A stretch of 64,000 nt of DNA from Octopus sinensis (lineage: Eukaryota), in assembly GCF_006345805.1 (NCBI RefSeq), contig NW_021833743.1, forward strand, positions 7,487-71,486. Reading direction: 5' to 3'. The notes beneath the pieces are model-generated. The model ran no database searches, was not told the origin of the DNA, and saw only the letters and a program-made list of their open reading frames with translations. Position 1 is the first letter of the stretch. Each line of letters begins with the position of its first letter. Below, piece after piece: positions 53,299-64,000 of the stretch. The position numbers were made by a program, and so were the translations under genes.

Positions 53299-53661
53299 GT
53301 GGAGGTGCAGTGGACTTGAGGTCGTGGGATTGCAGTTTCGATTCCTAGACTGGGCGTTGTGAGTGTTTATTGAGTGAAAACACCTAAAGCTCCACGAGGC
53401 TCTGGCAGGGGGTGGTGGCGAACCCTGCTGTACTCTTTCCCCACAACTTTCTCTCACTCTTTCTTCCTGTTTCTGTTGTATCTGTATTTCAATGGGTCAG
53501 CCTTGTCACACACTGTAGCATGCTGAATCTCCCCAAGAACTATGTGAAGGGAACACGTGTCTGTAGAGTGCTCAGCCACTTACACATTAATTTCATGAGC
53601 AGACTATTCTGTTGATCGGATCAACTGGAACCTTTGTCGTTGTAACCGACAGAGTGCCACA
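53299..53661 (+). mobile_element. SINE family D
   Basis: Matches 31170-31473. Ends GTCGTTGTAACCGACAGAGTGCC. Confidence 0.85.
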
Positions 53662-53684
53662 ATGATGATATATATATATATATA

Positions 53685-53900
53685 CTTTATTTAAAAGCAG
53701 CTGAAATATCGTTTATGCTAGTTTTGATCAAATTGTCATCTCAGTTCTATTTTAACAAAACTGTCCGACGAACAGGAACACGAAACTCCGAGTAACAGCT
53801 TTCGTTAAATTTCTGCTGCTTTTAAAAAAATCATATTATTCTACCACTGGTATTTGAGTACTCTTTTTTCCACCTTGTTTCACATTTATGTGTTTACTCC

Positions 53901-53905
<5 letters not shown>
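53685..53905 (+). mobile_element. Foldback element with a hammerhead remnant (HHR family 4) at 53761-53798
   Basis: CTGT CCGACGA ACAGGAACAC GAA ACTC C GAGT A ACAG. Stems I and III and the GUA triplet are present, but U4 is changed to C and stem II is unpaired. Confidence 0.65.
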
Positions 53906-53945
<40 letters not shown>

Positions 53946-55419
53946 ACAGCAGTTGGATTTAGTTCTATGTGACAAAGTTTCACTGGCCTCTAACAGAAGC
54001 CTTGTTGCTTTCAAGCTTTAAGATTACCGAATATATATATAATTATCACTTAATGTTCATTTTTCCATGCTTTTCCAAGTCAGTTCTTATTCCTAGATGG
54101 AGTTAGGGAATCAAATCTTGCAAATTACATTTCAATCTTCACTTGTCTTCTATGGTTGGATGTCCTTCCTAACACCAACTATAATCTACATAAGTGTAAG
54201 AATGAAATCTGTTCAAGAGGTGCAAATCCTGTTTTTTAGGAGGATGTTGAAAGCATTTTTATAGTTCCACCAAAATGTTATGGGCAGGGCTGGAATATGA
54301 CCCATCAAGGTCCTAAGCACTTAAAAGATTTTGGTACCCCCCGTAGAAGATTATGTAATTCAAAATATAAACAATAACAAACCATAAAATAAATTTTTAT
54401 TTTTCAAAACGAAATGAAACAGTAAGAGGGAAAAATTTTTATTTTTGTATACTTCCACTTAATTTGTATCTGAAAAGTTTCTTCCTATTTTTTGGAATTG
54501 CAAAGTCTTTGATTAGATCCTCAAAATTAATCTTAGGTAACACATCTGCATCTATACTAAGTAGTGATAAAGGCATCCTGAATGTTATTTAAGAAAGTTT
54601 AAAGTGATTTCTTTTGTGCCGTAAACCAGTTACCATTTATGTGGTGCCCCTTCCTTTTCTTGATGCCCTAAGCATGTGATTTTTTTACTTTATGGTTAAT
54701 CCAACGCTGGTTAAGGGTTATGCTTGCACCCTTCTACCCTTGTTCCAGACCCTGAGATAATATATTACAAGAATACTCGACCACAACTGCTGTTGTTGAT
54801 GTTAGCTCCAGATCAATAACTCTAAAAATACAATTCCTGTTTATTGATTTCACTCACAAGATATTAGTTAACTCAAGAAGACACTTGCCCAATGTTCCGT
54901 GGAGTGGGAGAGAGCTTTAAAAGGCCACATGGTAACAGAAGAAACTTCTTATCTATACCACCTTGCTGGTACCACATGTGGAATATGCAAGACATCAAAA
55001 CGAAGAATGGAGAATCTTCAAAGTTTATTTATTATTCAAGCATTTTCCTCATATTACATTCCAACTCGTGTTTCTGTTAAGTGTCTTAATATCCTTTCAT
55101 ATAATAGTTCCATGCATTTAGTTGATTTATATTAAATAAATTGCCTCTTATTGAATCTTAAACGATTCTAAACATTTCCTTTCTTTTGATGTGGTTAGCT
55201 AAACCAAGATTTCATCAGAGCTAATAAGGTATCTGCCCAGATTTCAAATCCTCCTTCCTTTATGTTATGTATATATAGCTATCCTCTAGGAAATAGTTTT
55301 AATAAATGAAGCATACATATTGAATAGTATTTACTATACCTGTATTTGTCGATGTTGTTCAAATACGTGCCTCTGATTTATTTATCTTCATTCATTTTTG
55401 CTCCTATACATATAGAAAA

Positions 55420-55578
55420 CAGGCGCGGTCACAGGAACTTTTTCGAAAGGAGGGCACAAAGTCACAATTCCAGGAGAAACGGGTATAATAACATTATTTA
55501 GAAGGGGGTACTTCTTTTCTTGAGGTGGTGGGGGACCCGTACTCCTCATGCCACCCCTCGCCCTTGGATCCACCCCTG
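55420..55578. mobile_element. Possible hAT-like MITE
   Basis: CAGGCGCGG...GGATCCACCCCTG ends, with GAAAA repeated on both flanks. Confidence 0.4.
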
Positions 55579-55619
55579 GAAAACACATAGTAAATGGTCC
55601 ACTAGCACTCGAGAAAACT

Positions 55620-55790
55620 GAGTCCTCATCTCGTCCCTTTTGCTAAAAAGGTTTGCAAGGCATCAACAAGCCTCAAGAAACACATTCGCGTTCATAGATC
55701 ACGATTACTGCTTTATTTTGCTGAGCCCACATTTGTCGTTCATGTCGAGAGAATCCCTCATATATGTATCGTTTGTAGAAAAACATAGAT
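55620..55790 (+). pseudogene. Decayed C2H2 zinc-finger-like remnant (RTE tail or ZNF fragment)
   Basis: PHLVPFAKKVCKASTSLKKHIRVH and ERIPHICIVCRKT*. Confidence 0.35.
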
Positions 55791-55992
55791 CCGGATAAGA
55801 AGCACACTCTACGGTGCAGAGCAGTTAATATTATAATGAGAAGAGGTTTATGAGGTTACCCTGAGTTTCCCGTCCATATTTTGAAGAAGTCTTAGGCCAA
55901 CAGGTATGGGGCTTGACGATACGCCGTAAGGCCAAACCCGTTATGGACGAGAAGCCCAGGGTAACACCATGAACCGGTCTCTCTCTCTCTCC

Positions 55993-56074
<82 letters not shown>

Positions 56075-56201
56075 GAGAATAGAATGGGAGAAAGCGCTAA
56101 TGATCTAAGTGATATGATATATATGTAAAAAATGTAATATATAAATAAAGATCTGTAAATATAAACCATCCGATCTTCTGATTACCTCATTTCTTCTAAT
56201 A

Positions 56202-56272
<71 letters not shown>

Positions 56273-56333
56273 GAAATTTATTTACATAATATTGAGGTCT
56301 CTTTCTTTCTTTTGTTATCTTACCGTTTTACCA

Positions 56334-56367
<34 letters not shown>

Positions 56368-58015
56368 GCATTAGTTGTCTGTGTGTAACAGTAAGTTGTT
56401 TTTTTATCATGTATATTACCAGCAGGTCTTCACTTGGTTATCTACACAAGTACACACACATACTGTGCGTGTGTTTGTTTGAGGTAACACACGGTAAAAC
56501 TGAAAACAGTCTTCCGCATTCAGTAAATTTCGTAATATTTAACGATACTGTATGGTATTTTTACACGATAAAGATGGGGTATAATTCGTTAAATAAAACC
56601 CAGGTTTCGAATGATGCTTTCTTTCATCGTCACCTGCATTGCTTAAGAGAGAAAGAGTAATTAGCATAGGTCGGTGGAAATTACAACTGAAATGACAATG
56701 GGGGCGGCGGTGGTTAGGGGTTGTGTTGGGGGTGGTAATGTGGGTAAGTGAGAGGGGAACGAAGACTATTCCTACCCTCTGTCTCACACACACACACCAA
56801 GAGCAATTTACATCACTTTATATAGCATCTTTAAGTACATGTCTGTCTGACTAAGGAAGCTGTGTGTCTGTGGAGAGAGGCGTGAAAGACATAACTAATG
56901 ACTAGGCTTTTATAACATCATCTTTACAGATGTTTGTCTGGTTTGTAAGGAGATCAATCAACAGTCTTGAAAACACATCATCATCATCTCTTACACCAAA
57001 TACGTACAGCTTATTATCTACATCTTCCTATGTGTACGAGAGAGAAAGAGAATTACGTATATATACATGAACACACACACACATCTTATCTTACTTTTTT
57101 TCAGTCAGTTAACTGTGGCCAAGTTGGGGCACCACCTTGAATGGTTTTAGTTGCATAGAGCCCGCTAGTTATTTTTTAAAAACCTGGTACCGTATTAGTC
57201 TTCTATGCCGAACTGCTTGATCACGGAAACGTAAGCAAACCAACACCGATCGTCAAGCGGTAGTGGGGGATAAACACACACACACACACACGATGAGCTT
57301 TTTTCAGATTCCGTCTATCAAATTCATTCAGAAAGCTTTGGTTAGCATTCGGTTAATGTTGAAGGCACTGTGCGAACAGGAAAGACAATTATGTACGTAG
57401 ACACGAGAACATAAACACCTACATACACACACATACCCATAACACACACACAAGCATATATATACATACACACATATATTCCCATACATAAACACGTCCC
57501 ATCTTCATCAACAGTATGTGGTTGTTTATCATGATTATTAACGATCAACGATATTCCACTTGTGACCATCTCCTCTTTTTTTTAAAAACAGTACCGTGTA
57601 TATTAGATTCATAAAAGAAAGAAAAATGAAAAGCCATAGACACGACGGTATGTTGTCTGAAAATGTATTGACTGTTATTTCTAGCATGTCAGAGAGATCA
57701 CCTCGAGGCTCATTTGTGGGCGTCTTCCATTCATTCACCAGAATTATTTCTATGAGGGATGATTCTTTCGCCCTCAATAATGTAAGGAAATAACCCCAAG
57801 TTCCGACCCTCCTTCTCCCGTCTTTTATTTTTTTTCTTTCATGCAAATATGTCTATTCTTTTACTTGTTTCAGTCATGAGACAGCGGCCAAGCTGGGGCA
57901 CCACTCACACATAACAGAGTATGTTTCTTATTTATACGCCTACATCTGTAAGCACAATTTATAAACAAACATACATACATCCACGCACAAAATACACACA
58001 TTGTCCATGCATGTT

Positions 58016-58131
<116 letters not shown>

Positions 58132-58849
58132 ATGTATATATATAGACACACGCGCGCAAACATACAATATTCACGTGCCCGAAAATACACATACGTATAA
58201 ATATATAATCACATATGTAGAGATATACTCAGTATATAGACAAAAATATATTTTATGTTGTCGTTGGTTATGGCCAATTAAAAAGTTACCAATGGTTTCA
58301 TGTCTAGACAATATACACACAAAAACATTCACATACGCAAATGTATCATGCTAGAAATGACAGCCAAAGCATTCCCAAACTACATGGTATGGGGTTTATT
58401 GCATTTTTTTCCTGTTATACCTACACTCACAATCGTACTCCTCTCCCTAGTTGTATATTTATTTGCAATTGTTCGCCTCTCATTACATCCCAAAACAAAG
58501 AAATATATAAATATATATATTGCACCTGCGAGCACACCCTGCCATAGCTGTCTGTCTGTCCGTCTATCTATCTATCTATATATATATATATATACATATA
58601 TATATCCGTGTGTATGCGTAGAAAACAGCGCATATGTAGCAGTATAGATGGACACGCGTATATTTTCATCGACAGCATTGTAAACAACAATTACTACTAC
58701 TACCACTGCTACTAGTTGCAGTAGTAGTAGTAGTAGTAGCAGTGGTAGTGTGCAGCTACTACTGCTGCTGTTATTGTTGTTGCACTCGCTGTTGTCATGG
58801 TGATGCTACGTGGTGGATGAGTCACAGTCGAAAGGAAAAACAAAAAGAA

Positions 58850-59040
58850 AACAGCGGAAAATACGCGTTTCGCATTTTCTCTCTCCCACTACGACTCACT
58901 CTCTCCCTCTCTCCTCCCTCTCTTTCCACGACTGTCTCCCCCTCTCCCCCCCGTCTCTGCTATTTATATGGAACTAACCACAAGTAGCGGTTTCTCTATA
59001 CACAAGGACGTTCATATAAAGACGAGTGCGCGCACGTACT
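58850..59040 (-). promoter_or_regulatory. Candidate core promoter
   Basis: TATAAATA on minus (58961-58968), GACAGTC Inr-like about 30-35 nt downstream, GTGAGT donor at 58899-58894, high CpG density. A second TATAAA lies on plus at 59015-59020. Confidence 0.4.
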
Positions 59041-61429
59041 GCAGGTAGAGATGGTGGGGAGTAGGGAGGTGTTTTAGTTGTTGTGATGAGGAAATAGGGA
59101 GTCGTTTGTTTAACCCAAGGTCGGCATTGATGGAGCCGACCTTTGATCAAAATGATTAACAGCCGTACGCGATCAGTCCAGATTATTAAGGCAGCGGGCT
59201 CGCAGAACCGTTAATACGCCTGACAAAATGCTTAGCGGCATTTCGGCATTTTGCCCGTCTCTGCGCGCCGAGGCCGACTTTGCCTTTCATCCTTTTGGGG
59301 TCCATGTACTCTAAAAAAACCCGCCAAAAATAGAGACAAAACAAAGAAAACAAAACATTTTCATCTACGCAACATCATTAGCATCACCGCAATGGTCTTG
59401 TAATTCTTCTACCAAACTTTGAAACCATTATTATTATTATTATTATTATTGAATGTCAGCTGGTGGGTTGGTGCGGGCATTTTTGGCCTTGTTAGAATAT
59501 CACGTGAGGTAGATTTGGAGAGAGAAACTTCGTCATCGATTGATGGGTGGAATGACATGGTTCAAGAAAGAGAGAGACGAACTTGGCTCAAATGGGCTGA
59601 GAGATGTTGATAAGACCGAGGAATGCAAATGTGTGTGTGTGAGAGAGAGAGAAAGAGAGAGATGGCTCAACACAAGAAACAGAGCAAGTCGTGGCTCAAA
59701 CATAGACAGACTTATATATGGCTATGATACAAAGAGAGACGTGATTTAGAGAAAGAGAGAGACCGAGGAAAATGACTCAAAACCGAGAGAGAGAAGATGA
59801 GGATGGAGGGCGAGACGTGGTTCAAAAGCAGACGATGAACCACAAAAATTATGCGGCTCAGACAGACCGAGAAATGCAGCTTGGAGATAAAGAGAAAGTG
59901 GAGTCTCAAAGACGGACAAAGATGTCGAGAGACAGGCAGAGAGGAAGACGTGTCTCAGAGACAGACAGAAAATGATCAGAAAGGAAGACTCGGATATTCT
60001 ATAGAAGATTGTTCCAGTACAAATGAGATTACAATTACCCAATATAAATATCAAATAACATCAGCACAAGGCAACCTCTCCTTCAGGGAAACAATATAGA
60101 TCCCTTGTAACGACTCAGTGCTTAACTGGTACGTTATGTTATAGATATCCAAAAGAAAGAAGTTTACGATATTCTGTTATTCTGATAACATCCACATACA
60201 TTAACTGGGAGAGGAACGGAACAACAAAAAAGTTCTCTCTTGATATCAATATCATACTTCTAATATTACGACTCGTTTCAACAGTATGGTCCACTTGTGA
60301 CCTTTAGAAAGGAAAATCTTTGTAAATAATATCTTATGTTTTAGTTGAAATTAACGAACATCGTTTCAAATTACCTCTAGATACCCCGTTGCTGTTGTTG
60401 TTTAACCTCATAGCGCAATTCTAATCGAGCAAACCTATGTTTAAAAGTATTCCAGCTGTGATCATCTCGACTTTTTAAGTGGGTATCAACGACTACATTA
60501 TCTGACGTTCTATTTTTATTTAGGGTGCAATTTGAGTGAGCGTTTTAGTTACTATTTTCAGAGGTTCTCAACTAGGGTCCAGATAACCCTTGGGGTTCCA
60601 TATAAGATTTTGTAGTTAAAAATTATCTGCAAAAAAATTGGTTTTCCTTCTACAAAACACAGAATATTTTAACAATTTTTTAATACAATTCCTAATATTT
60701 AATTCTAAATATAGAATAGGATTTTTTAAACCTCGAATGGCTAGGAGGATCCACTCGATTAAAATAGGGATCAAAGAAAAAAAAAGGAAGTTGAAACAAC
60801 ACTGACAAAGAGGTTTCCTTGTAAAGCATTCCGCGTTTCGGGAATGGTTTAATTCCATCTATTATTAGGGTTTTCAATTATATCTGCTACAACTTGCAGT
60901 GATTATTAAACTGTATATAATAATTTCAATACCTGGATTGTAAACTAATTTGAAGCACCAACGAAATAAAAATTGGACCAATGATTCTTGAACGATGCAT
61001 CGCAAGTGGTATTTACAGATACTTTTCTATTGTCGGCAGCCAATTTTTTCTTCTTTACCAAAGGATTAGTAAACTATTAAACAATCAGCCAAATTGTTTG
61101 TCCGTTTCTTTTCCCATGAGATATTGATAGCTATTCCGCAAGTCTGCAGTCTTACGAGTATAGTTTATTTTCAGCATGCGCAAACTGCGGCCCGCCGAAC
61201 TTTCTGAATGGTACTCCTAACGAAAAATACCTCGAATTTGTTTTTAGTGGTGCACAAGGCTTGGTCTAAGTCATGGCTCGTGTGACCCGCTTCTCAGTAA
61301 ACGTTGCTTACAGTTTATTTAATAATATTTTTGTAAAACCTGTTGGCTCTCAGTAATAGGGAAGTGTTTGTTTAGGTATGCACTCTCTCGCTCTCCATAT
61401 TCTTGCTCGAGGGGACTGGGGGGATGGGT

Positions 61430-61610
61430 ATCCCAGGTTAGCAGTCTCAGAGACGTCATCGCACGTAGAGCCGACCAGGTCCACCATCCCCACCCCATTG
61501 CTGGTGGTCTCGCGTCAGCCCCTCTGCATTCTTCAAGGTGACGTCGAGTTTCTCCAAGGTAACGTTGAGCCTTAACCGTGTCCACCCATCTGGTGTGCTT
61601 CGATCTTTAA
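61430..61610 (-). mobile_element. RTE-clade LINE 3' fragment
   Basis: RWVDTVK / EKLDVTLKNAEGLTRDHQQW across a frameshift, similar to the RTE RW.D.VK..L...A.DR..W motif. Confidence 0.6.
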
Positions 61611-62715
61611 TGGTGTAATTTGAAAGTTTCGAAAATTCATGTTTGTACTCGAGCCTTATGACGACCCTCCAAAAATAAACCCCTAAGCCTAGTTGAAATT
61701 ACATAGGCACCTAAAAACACTTAGCAAAAACACACCAAAACTAACTCAAAAATCCCACAAGGCGAGGTTTTTTCAAGCGGAATTATCATTATGGCTTTAT
61801 GTATAACGAGATGTACTTGTGTTAAATTGAAAGAGCTATATAATTTCTGAGTTAATTTTTAGCGCCAATTTTTAAGGCCAGATTATATCCAGCTAAACTG
61901 AACTCTCCCACAGATGACGAGGGGACATCTACTCAGATTACAAGATTTAATAAAGAAATAAATAAATATAGTTTCATCAACAACAATTTATTGTTGAGTA
62001 ACTATATACTTTAAGTGAATGATAACTTAAATGTTATACACTTGGTATCTTCATTTGACTGATAATTAAGATTAATAGTAAATAATCTGGCGTTTCTCGG
62101 GTAAACGATAGTGTTGAAAAACAGAAATAAAATAAGTAAAACTGACAGAAGCAGCCTATGTGTGTGTGTGTGTGTATGTAAATATATATCAAATGCACAT
62201 TTCATTCGTATAAAAAGCTCAACCATTACTTCCGGTGGAGAGCATTCTACATTGACCGGATATGAGTTATATTTATAAGATAATACAAAAAAAGAAGAAA
62301 AAAAAAAGATTTTAGGTGAAATAAAATAAAACTTAAATATATTAATTTTTTTTACATGTAAAAATAAGATTTCCGATATGATTTCGGCATGATAAATGTG
62401 GATTTGTTGGTATTATTAAGAACTGATTTTTTTCCACTGAAGAGATTTTTCTCTGCAATATGGCTACGTTTAGTAAGTATAAAAATAGAATAAGTAGAGA
62501 AAGAATCTCCAAATTTCTCATAGAGAAACGAATTTTCTTTAAGTTATCCCACTTAGCAGAATAACTTGACTTTATAGTCTCCTGTCGCTGTACAGTCGTT
62601 TTTTCATTCTACCAAAATATTTAGCAGCGGAATCATTGTAAATATTTGCTTTCTATTGATGATATGAATATGTTTAGATATCTAACATGTCCTTTATGCT
62701 TGAAAGTCTATGCGG

Positions 62716-62799
62716 TCATCTGACGAGAACGGCTTTCTTTGTAATGGTGTAATGCTTTCATTGATCAATTAAAGGAGTCGCTCGAAACGGGCGTAATGA
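62716..62799 (+). ncRNA. Type I hammerhead ribozyme with an intact core and a long stem II (HHR family 3)
   Basis: Stem I UCAU 62716-62719 / AUGA 62796-62799. CUGACGA 62720-62726. Stem II GAACGGCUUU / GGAGUCGCUC (G62727-C62783). GAA 62784-62786. Stem III ACG-GG-CGU. GUA triplet with a predicted cut after 62795. Confidence 0.7.
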
Positions 62800-62863
62800 A
62801 TTGGCACGGGGGTGTGTGTATGCGAACTTAAGGTTAGTTAAAATATGTTCGTGACATACTTCA

Positions 62864-63108
62864 AAAGGCAAATTCACTGCAGTTATCGTAGAGAGAAAAA
62901 TTTCTCTTATGGTAAAAAGGTGTACGTACAGCATATCTGTCCAGTGCTGTGTACCGCCAGATTCCCAGTCGCCTTTCTAGTTCTTTAGCCGTTAGAGCTT
63001 GAAGCATATTTGGGAATCCGAAAGGGTGCAACATTGGACAGACACAGTGTTTCAATCCCTACTAAGGGAGAACCTTTTCTCCACGGTACGTGCAGTGAAT
63101 TTGCCTTT
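62864..63108. mobile_element. MITE-like element with inverted repeats
   Basis: 18-bp perfect inverted repeat AAAGGCAAATTCACTGCA at 62864-62881 / 63091-63108, extending imperfectly inward. No clear TSD. Confidence 0.55.
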
Positions 63109-63234
63109 ACTGCTGAGTATAATTTATATATATAAATAATTGCGGGTTAGTAACTCACTGTTACTGGTATTGGAAGTTCTCTGCTTTTATACGCTCAAGA
63201 AGGGCAAATCTGACGAGCTGCTCGAATGATTTAC

Positions 63235-63276
63235 CAGCTTCGCCTTAATAAATAATTCTCTATTACTAAGCACTCC
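63235..63276 (-). CDS. Possible 42-nt exon (GVLSNRELFIKAKL), unsupported by homology
   Basis: Acceptor TTTTCTTTCACAG|, donor CTG|GTAAAT, phase 0-0. It lies upstream of the inferred promoter and may be chance. Confidence 0.15.
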
Positions 63277-63521
63277 CTGTGAAAGAAAATTGAGTATTAT
63301 GCACGAGATATAGAGAAAATTAGGATACACAATACAACCCAAACTGACGGACGTTATACATTTAAGATAGTTACAACTAAGTCGAACAGAAACAATATAA
63401 GAACTATCGTCAAAACAAGAAATTAATTTTCCTGTGTTCTCCATGTCTGTTTGTGTTGAAAATGTATTCAAGATGTCAGCGCAGCATTTATGTGAACGAA
63501 ATAAATACGAGATAAAAGTAC

Positions 63522-63571
<50 letters not shown>

Positions 63572-63796
63572 ATATAATATAGTAAGGCAGTTAGACATTG
63601 GATCTTTTCCTTTTGAACGGCAGACAATTTCTAGTTAACTAAACACTTTAAAACATCGTATACTGGTAGAATGTGTCAAAATAAAACATTTTTTTCTCTT
63701 GGCTTTCTTGAGAAAATTGTAATTTGTTTGTTTAACGTGGTTTAATTTTTCGAATTTTAACCAATCCTATGCTCTCTTTTGAGCTAAAATCATTTG

Positions 63797-64000
63797 CTGC
63801 GTCTAAAACTGAGACAACATCATGTAACTAACCCTAAACCTCCCCCCTAACCCTAACTTTTTTTTCTTAATTGTTAAATTAATTTAATTGTTACGCGTGT
63901 AAAAAAAACTAAAGCAATGGAATTAAATCAATTTAACAATTAAGAAAAAAAAGTTAGGTTTAGGGTTAGTTACAGGATGTTGTCTCAGTTTTAGACGCAG
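63797..64000. mobile_element. Foldback/palindromic element with CTAACCCTAA motifs, running to the window edge
   Basis: CTGCGTCTAAAACTGAGACAACATC...TAACTAACCCTAAACC mirrors GGTTTAGGGTTAGTTACAGGATGTTGTCTCAGTTTTAGACGCAG. Confidence 0.8.

Noticed and set aside
54880-55135. Two overlapping plus-strand ORFs
   Set aside because: The 5' part is a decayed SINE A segment (GAAGACACTTGCCCAA...GTGGGA).
57685-57781. Plus-strand exon candidate MSERSPRGSFVGVFHSF..., with an overlapping minus-strand ORF
   Set aside because: Both strands are open, no protein is recognisable, and it cannot be linked to other exons.
63206-63232. CTGACGAG...CTCGAA resembling a hammerhead
   Set aside because: There is no stem III or cleavage triplet, and A15.1 is U. 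It is just a short hairpin.

Overview
AT-rich eukaryotic DNA dominated by repeats. The SINE families and dense (TA)/(CA)/(AAT) microsatellites point to an octopus genome (inferred from recognised repeats, not a database match). No protein-coding gene can be named. Nearly all supplied ORFs, including the three ~1000-aa ORFs at 27.3-30.5 kb, are artefacts of simple repeats or of a 37-bp minisatellite. The real coding remnants are all mobile-element fragments: an R4/Dong-like LINE tail, three RTE 3' ends, a CR1 3' end and a decayed Chapaev3/Transib-like transposase. Weak evidence suggests the window is mostly intron of a long minus-strand gene: a TATA/CpG-rich region near 58.9 kb, apparent CpG loss to its left, and a candidate transmembrane exon at 8.1 kb. 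The main discovery is a set of hammerhead ribozyme (HHR) motifs from four different families. (1) 12281-12357: every conserved HHR nucleotide and all three helices are present, but in a scrambled, non-circularly permuted order, inside a 782-bp partial-tandem element. (2) A tRNA-Arg-derived SINE with a Penelope-type minimal HHR tail, in three copies, one intact at 51435-51480 on the minus strand. (3) A stand-alone type I HHR with an intact core at 62716-62799. (4) A decayed HHR family inside foldback elements. No ribozyme activity has been tested. Most SINE boundaries are approximate (about +/-10 bp).
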